Positions 1 to 8,287 of a stretch of DNA of 32,000 bases are shown here, piece by piece. The position numbers and the translations under genes were made by a program. Origin of the DNA: Pyrodictium abyssi. GTDB lineage: Archaea > Thermoproteota > Thermoprotei_A > Sulfolobales > Pyrodictiaceae. Location: NCBI RefSeq assembly GCF_036323395.1, contig NZ_AP028907.1:2190001-2222000 (forward strand), given 5' to 3'. The notes under the pieces are model-generated. The model saw only the letters and a program-made list of their open reading frames with translations. It had not been told where the DNA came from and ran no database searches. Positions within the stretch are counted from its first letter, which is position 1. Each line of letters begins with the position of its first letter.

Positions 1-274
1 TCATGTGCTCTCTGCCTGCGTGGTGTATTGTAGCTGCTACGGCGAACTGGTGGCTGCTCCCGCTCTCGTGTAGTCGTTGCTCTAGTGCGCGGAGGGCTAT
101 GAGGGCCTGGAGTAGGGCGTAGACGGGCTCCCCCGGCTCTCTGGCCGCTGTCTCGCTGAGCGCGGCTGTGGCCGGCCGGGCTATCCTCGTGGTGGCGGGG
201 TGGCTGCTCCAGAGCCTATACGCGCCGGTGTCGCGTGTCGCAGCTATGGCGCCGTCTAGCAGTATGGGGTCCAT
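1..274 (-). CDS. partial CDS running off the left edge; possibly PIN-like
   Basis: The minus-strand frame with codon lower bounds 2,5,8... is open from 622 down to base 1. It has native-looking codon usage from an ATG at 274-272: MDPILLDGAIAATRDTGAYRLW...EPVYALLQALIALRALEQRL.... The N-terminal xLLDxxI and the later YALLxAL resemble the neighbouring PIN protein (VVVDASVL ... SYALLELANAL). It is absent from the ORF track because no stop lies inside the window. Confidence 0.3.
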   Translation of the reverse strand, partial: MDPILLDGAIAATRDTGAYRLWSSHPATTRIARPATAALSETAAREPGEPVYALLQALIALRALEQRLHESGSSHQFAVAATIHHAGREHM

Positions 275-622
275 GGACGGTATCGCGGTGTCGCACATAT
301 CCCTGGGGTATCGAGCTCCACCGCTATCCTCGGCTCGCCGCAGCCGCCACGGGGCCAGGCCTCCAGCGTCTCCTCGTCGATAAGGGGCCCCGGCCCAGTG
401 ACAGCGTTTATCCTCCTGGCTAGCTCCGCAACGCGGCAGCGGATGGGAGGCAGCCTGCCCGCTAGGCCGCTCTCGCAGCCGCTGGCCACGAGGTCCCGTG
501 CCAGCGTGGCGGCGTTGCGCCCCGGCCAGCTGCTGGGCCGGTGGCGGGGCGGTATAGCGGTTAGCGGCTCCACGGCCCGGGGCCCGGCGCGCCGGGACGT
601 CTACACCGCATACCCCCGGGCT

Positions 623-1063
623 CTACGGCGGCCCGTACTCAGAGACGTGCCTCGCCACGGGTTCTCGCCCTCTTAGCTGTCTTAGCAGCTTCTCGTCAGC
701 CGTATAGAAGACAGTGCCAAGCCTCCTAGCCAGCACGATGTAGTAGGCATCGTACACGGTGACCCCGTTGTCGATGGCATAGCCTAGAGCCTCCCTCGCG
801 AGCTCCCCGTCTACCTCCACGAACTCTACATCCATCTCGAGTAGGAGGCTGAAAGCCTCCCCAGCCTCCCCGGGTCCCATAACCCCTCTCACAACGTACT
901 TTCTCAGGGCGTTAGCGAGCTCCAGCAGCGCGTAGGATGGCGCGGCTACTGCAACCCTAGCGTCGAGGTGGTCGTTCAGGATAGCCTCTGCCTTGTCGCT
1001 GAACTCCTCCGGTACAAACCACTTGACGAGAACACTCGCGTCAACGACGACCCGCCGCGTCAT
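623..1063 (-). CDS. vapC: PIN-domain ribonuclease toxin VapC
   Basis: 146 aa. N-terminal VVVDASVLVKW supplies the first acidic PIN residue, followed by SYALLELANAL and C-terminal DAYYIVLARRLG..FYTADEKL. There is a 4-nt overlap with the upstream small antitoxin ORF. Confidence 0.85.
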   Translation of the reverse strand: MTRRVVVDASVLVKWFVPEEFSDKAEAILNDHLDARVAVAAPSYALLELANALRKYVVRGVMGPGEAGEAFSLLLEMDVEFVEVDGELAREALGYAIDNGVTVYDAYYIVLARRLGTVFYTADEKLLRQLRGREPVARHVSEYGPP

Positions 1064-1284
1064 CGCGTCTCCCGGTCCTCGCGTATAAGCTCCGCAGCAA
1101 CGTTGCCCTCGACTCTGCCTATACGGCTCCTAAGCCTGGCTAGCCTCTCACGTATCCTCCTAGCCTTCTCCTCCCGGACCCTCCTCTCGAGGAACCTCCT
1201 AACCTCCTCAGCATAGTCGATACCGAGCCTCTCAAGCTCCTCCCGGAGCCTACGGGGAACCCGGATAGAGATTACAGTGCTCAA
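1060..1284 (-). CDS. vapB: ribbon-helix-helix type VapB antitoxin
   Basis: VISIRVPRRLREELERLGIDYAEEVRRFLERRV has a beta-strand plus two helices RHH layout, followed by a charged helical tail. The longest ORF reaches 1347, but TTTATA (1331-1326, minus strand) lies inside that extension, so the TTG at 1284 is the more likely start. The stop overlaps the vapC start. Confidence 0.7.
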   Translation of the reverse strand: MSTVISIRVPRRLREELERLGIDYAEEVRRFLERRVREEKARRIRERLARLRSRIGRVEGNVAAELIREDRETR

Positions 1285-1405
1285 TAAACAGCCACCCGTA
1301 TACACAGATGCGTCCACAAAGACCATATAAAGACACAGCCGCTGCACCCTAGACCCTTACACAGCTAGCAGAAGAAAGCTGAGAGCTGCAAGGGCGTGGA
1401 CGTGG

Positions 1406-1423
1406 GGCTGCTCTACCCCAGGG
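1406..1423. repeat. 18-nt exact direct repeat, copy 1 (GGCTGCTCTACCCCAGGG)
   Basis: An identical 18-mer recurs at 1609-1626, 203 bp away. Both copies lie in a region with no ORF of 60 aa or more that contains short gene-fragment-like frames. Confidence 0.7.
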
Positions 1424-1608
1424 GCTATGCGCGCCATGTTCTCCGGGAGCTAGGCCTCTGCGGGGGAGACCTGCGGCAGGGCCCAGCTAGTGGGTAGGCT
1501 CAAGAGGCTCGTGGAGGAGGGCGTGGAGGCCGCCGAGGCGGCTGCAGCCCGGCTCGGGCTGCGCGTATAGCGTGTAGCCGAGGGTGATGGTTACTTACTC
1601 TTTATAGT

Positions 1609-1626
1609 GGCTGCTCTACCCCAGGG
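1609..1626. repeat. 18-nt exact direct repeat, copy 2
   Basis: Same 18-mer as 1406-1423. Confidence 0.7.
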
Positions 1627-2089
1627 CCGCGGCTAGGTGCCCCTTAGCGGGTGCTAGGACTATTAGGTTCCGGGTCCGGGTTGTGGGTTGTGCTCTGGAG
1701 CCTTGGACCATGCTGAGCTCCGGGAGGACGAGATGCTGGAGGTTATTGCTATACTTCTCGGGGCAATGAGAGAGTACTCGACGATGCTGGTGGTGACCCG
1801 CTGCTGTTGAAGGGGATTCCGAGGAAGATTAACCCGGAGCTAGTCTAGGCAAAACACGCCAGGTCAAGATAGGAAAAACCACGGCATCAATCACCCTCAC
1901 TCGAGCCATGGACAGAGGAGCCAAAAATACAGCCCTAGCAGAGCAATGCCCGAGGAACACTAGTACCGTCTTCCGTGTCGAGTCGAATGTCAAAAACGTT
2001 TATTTTCTTCATATGGTAAACTTGCGGAAATCATGGTATTCTGACGTAAATCCAAAAATACCTCTTTAGGTTTAGGAGGACCGCTAAGC

Positions 2090-2635
2090 CTAGTACTCAC
2101 TCGAGAGCAATACAGTTACAGTGAATCCCGTTCTCAAAGTATGATCCAGTTTAACCATTATACTATCTATCTCCTTAGGAAGTTTTGATGTATAAGCGGC
2201 AACCGTATAAACTTCTCCACACGCGTACTCATAAATATACGCTCCATCGGTTACAGTGCCCTTATCAATGTCCATTCCATTTACTTCATAGCCGCATATA
2301 CTGCCATTTTTGACTGCATTCTCTAAGCTTCTTACGTAGTTCAGTATCTCTTTAACATCAGTATATATAAATAGCATGTCGGGCTGCGGGTATTTATCTT
2401 GAAGTATGTCTTCACGATTTGACTTTGATCCAAGGTGCGTTATAGCTATCCTGAGCACTTCGACGAGCGGTTCTGGGCATGTATATTCTCCACTAGTCCA
2501 GCTGGATAGAAGGCCTAATGCTCTAGCAGCACCTATCGTTATATACCAGGTTGCGTTCCCTACGATGAGCTGTGTGTTCTCTTCATTAATTGGTTGTGCC
2601 TCTCGAAGAGCCTTATGTAGGCACTCCTCGGGCAA
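2090..2635 (-). CDS. hypothetical protein in a low-GC island, possibly 5-prime frameshifted
   Basis: 181-aa ORF with a TTG start in AT-rich DNA unlike its surroundings. The frame stays open upstream (GEATWAHAIFYR) without a start codon, and a second frame (from ATG 2742, MTYRILSSSHEINLSYSRAEAVILV) abuts it. This suggests one longer gene broken near 2680. I recognise no family. Confidence 0.45.
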   Translation of the reverse strand: MPEECLHKALREAQPINEENTQLIVGNATWYITIGAARALGLLSSWTSGEYTCPEPLVEVLRIAITHLGSKSNREDILQDKYPQPDMLFIYTDVKEILNYVRSLENAVKNGSICGYEVNGMDIDKGTVTDGAYIYEYACGEVYTVAAYTSKLPKEIDSIMVKLDHTLRTGFTVTVLLSSEY

Positions 2636-2845
2636 ACGATAAAATATTGCGTGTGCCCATGTAGCTTCACCAATATAACAGCCTCAGCGCGGGAGTAACT
2701 TAGATTTATTTCATGAGAAGAGGATAATATACGGTACGTCATCCGGCCAGTTTTTCGAGGATTAGCAATCGTCTTGGAGGCAGTTGTATAGCTTTTCACA
2801 GCTCGCCAATATTTCGAGCAGCTGGTAGGCATTATGTATCGTTCT

Positions 2846-2888
2846 GGCTAGCATGCCTTGGCGCTCATTCTGCTAGCAAATGCTAGCA
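2846..2888. repeat. cluster of GCTAGC-core palindromes
   Basis: GGCTAGCATGCC at 2846-2857 and TGCTAGCA twice (2871-2878 and 2881-2888, 10 bp apart). The cluster sits between the low-GC ORF and the vapC stop. Confidence 0.5.
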
Positions 2889-2955
2889 TTGCGAGATTCG
2901 TCATTACATATTGGACACTGGGTTACTGACTTGTTGTGATTCGCCTGGCTTGGGG

Positions 2956-3435
2956 CTAGATAATTCTCTCTAATTCTTTCTCCGGCACAGCTCTTAATAG
3001 TAGTGCTCTGGCTCCAATCCTGGATGCATGCATACTCATAGCCTCGTCGTCTGTGACTAGTATGGCGTTTCTCCTCCAGGCTAGGGCTATTATGTAGGCG
3101 TCGAAGCCCGAGCTCCCGGTCCTTATTGCTACCTCTAGTGCGTCTTCCCGGATCTCCTCCTCGAATACGATAGTGTAGTCTCTCGTGGATTTGAGGGACT
3201 CGACTATCTCTCTTGCCAGCTTCTCGCCCGCTAGCCTGGAGATTACGGCTCCCGTCTCGACTATAACGGGGTACGGTAGCAGAACCTCGTACTCCCTGTC
3301 TCTAAGCAGCCTTATGACCATTCTAGCCTTGCGGTGTGTCTCCAGCTCCCTGCGGTAGATGTTGCTGGGGAGCCAGCGGCCTGGCCTCAGTACGGACTTC
3401 ACGAGCACGCTACTATCTAGTACCACCTTTCCCAA
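2956..3435 (-). CDS. vapC: PIN-domain toxin VapC
   Basis: 159 aa with VVLDSSVLVKS at the N-terminus, VIVETGAVISRL, and GFDAYIIALAWRRNAILVTDDEAM. It overlaps the upstream antitoxin by 19 nt. Confidence 0.85.
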   Translation of the reverse strand: MGKVVLDSSVLVKSVLRPGRWLPSNIYRRELETHRKARMVIRLLRDREYEVLLPYPVIVETGAVISRLAGEKLAREIVESLKSTRDYTIVFEEEIREDALEVAIRTGSSGFDAYIIALAWRRNAILVTDDEAMSMHASRIGARALLLRAVPEKELERII

Positions 3436-3620
3436 CGCATGCGGGCCTCCCGGAGCACCTTGTCAACATCCTCTTTGGCCTCCACGCTGACTTTCTCTAT
3501 AAGTTCGGGAAATTCCTCGGGTAGGAGTTGTACTCTGAGTTCCTCGCCTTCCCTCAGCTCTAGGGGCTCGAGGGGCTTCAGCACGCCATTCTCGTAGCGG
3601 ACCCGGATTACCTTGGACAT
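3417..3620 (-). CDS. vapB: DUF104-family antitoxin (VapB-like)
   Basis: 67 aa starting MSKVIRVRYENGVLKPLEPLELREGEEL, the signature N-terminus of archaeal DUF104 antitoxins. It lies directly upstream of the PIN gene. Confidence 0.85.
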   Translation of the reverse strand: MSKVIRVRYENGVLKPLEPLELREGEELRVQLLPEEFPELIEKVSVEAKEDVDKVLREARMRWERWY

Positions 3621-3640
3621 GTACTCGTCCCTAGAGTTCT

Positions 3641-3694
3641 AGTGCTTGCTTAGCCCAATTAACCCCTGCCCTAGCAGGGCGTGTCCTAAGCACT
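3641..3694 (-). promoter_or_regulatory. nested inverted repeats upstream of vapB; candidate operator or promoter region
   Basis: AGTGCTTGCTTAG (3641-3653) pairs with CTAAGCACT (3686-3694). These enclose a perfect 6-bp hairpin CCCTGC-CCTA-GCAGGG (3664-3679) and an AT-rich TTAATT element (about 3655-3662), 20-75 nt upstream of the vapB start at 3620. Confidence 0.3.
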
Positions 3695-3784
3695 CTCTGC
3701 TCGGAGGCGGCTGATAATCGCTGCTACGGTGTGCCCTCGCTTAAGCGCCCCTATCTGGGTCTACTTGGCTTATCATGCCCCGGC

Positions 3785-5794
3785 CTATGCTGTTCGGTGG
3801 CCTATTGCTGCTGGTGCGCTTACTAGGCCTAGGTAGCCTCCGTGGACTGCGTAGCTGGAGAGTACTGCGGCGTAGTCGGCGTAGAATGGTAGTCGTTTGC
3901 GGTACTCGGTGGGGAGTTGTAGCTCTTCTGCGGTCTTGCGGTCTGTCCTCATGTATATCTTGGTGTTGGCTAGTGTGACGACGAGTGGGCTGAGGTCGCT
4001 CTCCCTGTGAGTGGATAGTAGCAGGGATATTCCGCGGCTCCTGCCTAGCCTTGCTAGGCGCTCTAGGGTTCTCCGGAGCATCTCTGCGTACTCGCCGCCG
4101 CCCCGTGGGAAGAAGAGGTGGGCTTCGTCGACGACTAGGAGTATCCGGCCGGGCCCGGTGCCTTTCTCTGCTGTTGATGCTAGGCTACGGAGGAGCTGGT
4201 AGCCTAGCAGCACTTTTACCGCTGTGGGGTCGCTCTCCGACCTTGTGGCCGCGTAGCCTAGGTCGAGCATGAGCGTATTCACGCCGAGGCTTTCCATGGC
4301 GTTGGCTAGCTCGTTGTAGTCTATCCCTGGTGCCGCCGTGTTTATCACCCCGGTGTTTGCGAGGACTCGTAGCCGGCGGAGCAGGTGCTGTAGCGTCGCC
4401 TCGGGCGCGTAGCGCTTAGCCTCCTGTATCTTGCGCTCTATGCAGTAGGCGAGCTTGGCGGGGTGTGGAATGCGGCAGCCCAGTGAGTCTACTAGCGCTG
4501 GGAGGGCTTCGCGGGCGCGCTCTGTCATGTAGGGGTCTATCTCCGATAGCTGCCTGGGATCTCTCAGCTCTATGCCCCGAGGCGCGATATACACGCTCAC
4601 TGTCTTCTCGCCGCCGCACTCCACGGTGTACCAGGCCTCGTAGACGTATGGGGCGCCGGTGTCGTGGACCACGGGGCCGTCTACGAGCCTGCATTCTCCC
4701 CCGGCGCGGCTGTACATGGCTCTGGCTATCCCGGCCAGGGTCTCGGCGTACCGTTTTGCCTCGCTCTGGGGGCTGCAGTTGTCGCCGGGGCAGGGTATGA
4801 CCACGAGGCCTCTTAGAGAGGGCCCCTTCACGGGCTCACCGGGCTCGGCCTCTACGCCGTATAGCCTGAGTATGCCCGCCCTCTTCGCGTCCACCAGGAC
4901 CCGGGGGATGTAGCCCGGGAAGAGCCCGGCTACGTAGTCCTGGTTAGCGTCGAGCACTACTATGTGGACGTCTCCTCCCTGGGTCCTTGAGACGCTGTAG
5001 AGGATGTTCTTTACGAGGCTCGTCTTACCGCTCCCCGTGGTCCCGGTCACGAGGATGTGCTTCACCATCACGCTCCAGGGGAGGGACACGGGCACCGGTG
5101 AGCCGGCTGCGAGGTACGGCCGGTCCATTATCGCTAGTGCTCCTAGCGTGACATCGCCCCGTGGGGCTATGAGCGCTGAGAGGACCGCGGGGTGCGGTAT
5201 CGCTACGGGGCTGCCCGGGTCTATGGGGAAGGATGGGGCTAGCTTCTCCGCCTCCGCGAGGATCCCGGCCAGCTCCTCTACGCTGCGTGCACGCGAGGCC
5301 TCCTCTAGCCCCTCCCGGCCCAGGTGGACTGCCAGCACGGGCCTAACATAGACCCGGATGCTGACAACGTTGCCCGCTACTGTTATCGGGCTGGGCCTGG
5401 CGAGCGGTATGCTCGTGAGAGGCTCCTGCGCACCGAGCACCCCCGGTATGCTGGAGCGCGTAGACTCGGCCACCTCGCCGAGGACCACGCTCGCCGTCTT
5501 TAGGTCTACTATGGCGTAGAAGTAGCCCGGCGAGAACACCTCAGGGTGGCTATGGGCTAGCCCTATCCAGGCCTCTGGCGCCAAATCCACGGGGACCAGG
5601 TCGGAGCCTATATCCCGGGACGCCGAGACGCGGCCTACGAGCCAGCCGTACTGCTGGAGCGTCTCGACCCCAAGCTCCGCCGCGAGGAGCCTTGCAAGCC
5701 TCTCCGCCGCCTCCACCATCTCCTCGTAGCGCTGGACTATGCGGCGGCGCTCGTTCACCAGCCTCTCGAAGCCCGCGCCCTCGCCGCCGGTCAC
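3785..5794 (-). CDS. HerA/DUF87-like (FtsK-HerA superfamily) P-loop ATPase
   Basis: 669 aa. Walker A is HILVTGTTGSGKTSLVKNIL and Walker B is RILLVVDEAHLFFP, followed by RLGRSRGISLLLSTHRESDL (HerA-type arginine/sensor region). There is a roughly 240-aa N-terminal domain before the P-loop. The GTG start overlaps the stop of the upstream ORF (GTGA, 5791-5794). Confidence 0.85.
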   Translation of the reverse strand: MTGGEGAGFERLVNERRRIVQRYEEMVEAAERLARLLAAELGVETLQQYGWLVGRVSASRDIGSDLVPVDLAPEAWIGLAHSHPEVFSPGYFYAIVDLKTASVVLGEVAESTRSSIPGVLGAQEPLTSIPLARPSPITVAGNVVSIRVYVRPVLAVHLGREGLEEASRARSVEELAGILAEAEKLAPSFPIDPGSPVAIPHPAVLSALIAPRGDVTLGALAIMDRPYLAAGSPVPVSLPWSVMVKHILVTGTTGSGKTSLVKNILYSVSRTQGGDVHIVVLDANQDYVAGLFPGYIPRVLVDAKRAGILRLYGVEAEPGEPVKGPSLRGLVVIPCPGDNCSPQSEAKRYAETLAGIARAMYSRAGGECRLVDGPVVHDTGAPYVYEAWYTVECGGEKTVSVYIAPRGIELRDPRQLSEIDPYMTERAREALPALVDSLGCRIPHPAKLAYCIERKIQEAKRYAPEATLQHLLRRLRVLANTGVINTAAPGIDYNELANAMESLGVNTLMLDLGYAATRSESDPTAVKVLLGYQLLRSLASTAEKGTGPGRILLVVDEAHLFFPRGGGEYAEMLRRTLERLARLGRSRGISLLLSTHRESDLSPLVVTLANTKIYMRTDRKTAEELQLPTEYRKRLPFYADYAAVLSSYAVHGGYLGLVSAPAAIGHRTA

Positions 5795-6231
5795 CCTGCA
5801 GCCCCCTGCTCGGCCATAGATAGGTGTGTCTCGTAGCTGAAGCCGACAGCGTGGCGTAGAGTGTTGTAGAGGAGCCTAGCACTATGTCTGGAGACTCTGC
5901 GCGCGGCATAGTCAGCCAGCCCTACCGGGATGGGGACCGGCGCGGCGTCGGGGTAGCCCATGAGCTCTACTATACCCGCCAGCAGCTCCAGGTCGGCGTC
6001 GAGCATAGCTCGGAACCTCAGCCTATCAAAGCCTACACCACCACTGCCGTCCACGGTGACGCCGCATCCCTTCACGGGGGCAGCCGGCATCTCTACCCGT
6101 AGGAGCACCCGGCCGTGGAGCGGCGACGGGACGTAGAGGTAGTAGCTCCTCTTGACCAGCACCTTCTGTGTAAACACTCTCCCGAAGCCCTGGAGCCCCA
6201 GCACATCAGCAACGCTGCGGCCGTCACGCAC
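5791..6231 (-). CDS. hypothetical 146-aa protein translationally coupled to the HerA-like gene
   Basis: ORF with a GTG start, native codon usage and a stop overlapping the HerA-like start. It sits 78 nt downstream of the NurA-like gene. I recognise no motif. Confidence 0.55.
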   Translation of the reverse strand: MRDGRSVADVLGLQGFGRVFTQKVLVKRSYYLYVPSPLHGRVLLRVEMPAAPVKGCGVTVDGSGGVGFDRLRFRAMLDADLELLAGIVELMGYPDAAPVPIPVGLADYAARRVSRHSARLLYNTLRHAVGFSYETHLSMAEQGAAG

Positions 6232-6309
6232 AGACGGCTGGTAGGCGTCCAGCCTGCTCCCGTGGCTGCCCCCGGGGCTTGTGAGTCCCCGTAGCGCTGG
6301 GCCCCATCC

Positions 6310-7209
6310 TCACCGTACTCGACCTCGGCAGGGTGGCTGCAGCGCTACGGGGACCTGGTAGCCGCCCACCCACCTCCGGGGCCCGTAGGCGCGGACAAGC
6401 ATCTCGACGAGCTGGACATCCCTCGAGGCATACAGCCCGCTTGCCTCCACCTTTCTCCTCCACTCTTTATCCGCCACTAGAGCCGAGGCGAGGAAGCGGC
6501 TCCTCTCGAGCCTCTTCACGACTCCTACTAGCCTTACGCCGTGCTGCAGCGCCTCCTCTATCAGCTTGCCCCGGTCGAGCACATTGACGAGGTAGCTTAG
6601 AGCATAGTAGGCCTTCAGCACAGTATAGGGCGAGAGGGCAGCGGGGCCGCCGCTCTGGGCTACCTGCACGAAGAGCCCCGGCGTGTTGAATACCGGGCCG
6701 TCTACGAGCACTAGGGAGCCGCCGGGGACCCAGCCTAGCAGCCATTCTAGCGCCCTATTCTCCAGCCACATCCTGTTCTCGTCGAGCATCGTCTGCCTAT
6801 TGAAGCCATTCCAGTAGTCTAGCTCGGCTATAACCCGGCAGTAGGCGGGCCTGCTTCCCCCGCTGCAGCCGGGTAGAAGCGAGGCGTAGACGCGCGGGTC
6901 AACTAGCGGCGAGTCGGCTACAAGGCCGCCGAACGACGCTGAGGCGGCGTAGCCTAGCCCTAGGCTGACCACGGGCTCCTGGCCTAGCTCGAGGCGGGGA
7001 AGGACACCGGTATCCGGGTAGGAGCCCACCAGTACTACACTGGATACGTGGGAGACGGCGACGCTGTAGACCCCTAGGAGGAGCGTTGTCGCTTCTAGCT
7101 GCTGGCTGCTGCCATCCAGCCCGTAGGCTTCTAGGCGGCCTGGCGGCTCGGGGAGCCGGGACCACACCACTCTGCCATGCGCCGCATCTTCGCGGTCCTC
7201 CTCCGTCAC
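6310..7209 (-). CDS. NurA-like nuclease
   Basis: 299 aa with LEAYGLDGSSQQLE (N-terminal DGS motif) and GGSLVLVDGPVFNTPG (second DG motif), followed by VRLVGVVKRLERS. The layout matches NurA-family nucleases. It is the first gene of the operon ending in the HerA-like ATPase. Confidence 0.6.
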   Translation of the reverse strand: MTEEDREDAAHGRVVWSRLPEPPGRLEAYGLDGSSQQLEATTLLLGVYSVAVSHVSSVVLVGSYPDTGVLPRLELGQEPVVSLGLGYAASASFGGLVADSPLVDPRVYASLLPGCSGGSRPAYCRVIAELDYWNGFNRQTMLDENRMWLENRALEWLLGWVPGGSLVLVDGPVFNTPGLFVQVAQSGGPAALSPYTVLKAYYALSYLVNVLDRGKLIEEALQHGVRLVGVVKRLERSRFLASALVADKEWRRKVEASGLYASRDVQLVEMLVRAYGPRRWVGGYQVPVALQPPCRGRVR

Positions 7210-7309
7210 GCCGGCGCCGCCTATGCTTGCTGGGCGTGGCTGGCTGGTAGAGGCTATGCGTAGCAGCTCGCCTGCGAGGCCCGCTATGTCCAGGAGTGTG
7301 GCAAGAGCT

Positions 7310-8287
7310 ATGACCGTGGTCTACTTCGTCCACAGCCTGACACAGTTCAGCCCAAGGCTCTGGCGCACACTAGGCCACCCATACGTGATGGTCTCCGCCG
7401 ACGACGCGGCCCGCGACCCCCAGAGAGCCGTCCAGCTCCTCAGAGGCCTCAACGTCATAGTGGACAGCGGCGGCTACCGGCTCATAAGCCGCGGGAGGCT
7501 GCCCAGCCCCGAGGAGGTCCTAGAGGTACAGCGGACGCTAGCCGACGAGGTGGGCGCAGAGCCCGTCGCGCTCGACACCCCGGTCCCCCACCCCCTAAGG
7601 GCGGGGGACGCCGACTTCCGCGCCGCAAACGAGGCCACGGCGAGAAACGCCCGGCTATGGGCCCGGGTATTCGGGGACCACTTCATCTACCCCCTCCACG
7701 CCCATACACCGGGCCAGCTCCGGGACGCCCTCCAGAGGCTCCGCCAAGCCGCCCCCACGGTCGAGGCCGTAGGGCTCGGAAGCCTAGCACCCCTCGCGCG
7801 CCACCGGCCAGCCCAGGCGCTGAGGCTAATAGCGTACGCGCGGAGCATGATAGACAAGCGCATCCACGTCTTCGGGGCCGGTAACAGCCTCCTCGCAGCA
7901 CTAGTGCTCCACAGGCTAGCAGACACGGCTGATACGAGTAGCCCGCTCCAGGACGCTCGCTACGGGCTAGCCCGGCACCCCAAGACACTAGCCATGACGC
8001 TCACAGCGCCCCGCCGCGCTCAGGGGAGACCGCGCGCAGAGCCACACGAGATAGCGGCGAAGTGCAGCTGCCCAGTCTGCAGGACCGAGCCAGAAGCTCT
8101 GGCAGAATGGGGCCGTAGAGGCCTCCTAGCCAGGACCGTTCACAACGCCTACCAGCTACTAGAAGTGCTAGAGGACCCCGAGAAGGCGGCAAAGCTGCTA
8201 GCGAGGCGGCCACAGCTAGCAGCTGCGCTGGCAGAGACCCGGCCTGGGAGAGGCTCCGTGGCTGCAGGGCTGCCCGGCAAGGCTTGA
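7310..8287 (+). CDS. tRNA-guanine transglycosylase (TGT) superfamily protein, short DpdA-like form
   Basis: Motifs are VIVDSGGYRLIS (TGT DSGG motif), HVFGAGNSLLAALVLHRLADTADTSSP (GxG...D.xD region), and CSCPVC followed about 22 aa later by VHNAYQLL (CxCxxC...H zinc site plus HN motif). There is no PUA or other C-terminal domain. The longest ORF starts at 7223 but would nearly abut the divergent NurA-like start, so ATG 7310 (MTVVYFVHS) is preferred. Confidence 0.7.
   Translation: MTVVYFVHSLTQFSPRLWRTLGHPYVMVSADDAARDPQRAVQLLRGLNVIVDSGGYRLISRGRLPSPEEVLEVQRTLADEVGAEPVALDTPVPHPLRAGDADFRAANEATARNARLWARVFGDHFIYPLHAHTPGQLRDALQRLRQAAPTVEAVGLGSLAPLARHRPAQALRLIAYARSMIDKRIHVFGAGNSLLAALVLHRLADTADTSSPLQDARYGLARHPKTLAMTLTAPRRAQGRPRAEPHEIAAKCSCPVCRTEPEALAEWGRRGLLARTVHNAYQLLEVLEDPEKAAKLLARRPQLAAALAETRPGRGSVAAGLPGKA

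Noticed and set aside
256-573. A 105-aa minus-strand ORF, considered as the upstream part of a frameshifted gene continuing into 1..274.
   Set aside because: Parts read plausibly (AELARRINAVTGPGPLIDEETLEAW), but no family is recognised. The alternative explanation (independent start of the edge gene at 274 or 298) is equally good, so I cannot support it as a feature.
4011-5351. Plus-strand ORFs (4011..4202, 4051..4272, 4465..4800, 4659..4913, 5004..5351) and the alternative-frame minus-strand ORF 4416..4694, all inside the HerA-like gene.
   Set aside because: They have Arg/Pro/Gly/Ser-rich composition typical of antisense or off-frame readings of GC-rich coding DNA. All are fully contained in a well-supported gene.
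6224-7333. Alternative minus-strand ORFs (6224..6463, 6467..6745, 6899..7333) and plus-strand ORF 6333..6587 over the NurA-like gene.
   Set aside because: They are off-frame, Arg/Pro-rich artefacts. The NurA-like frame carries the recognisable DGS and VDG motifs.
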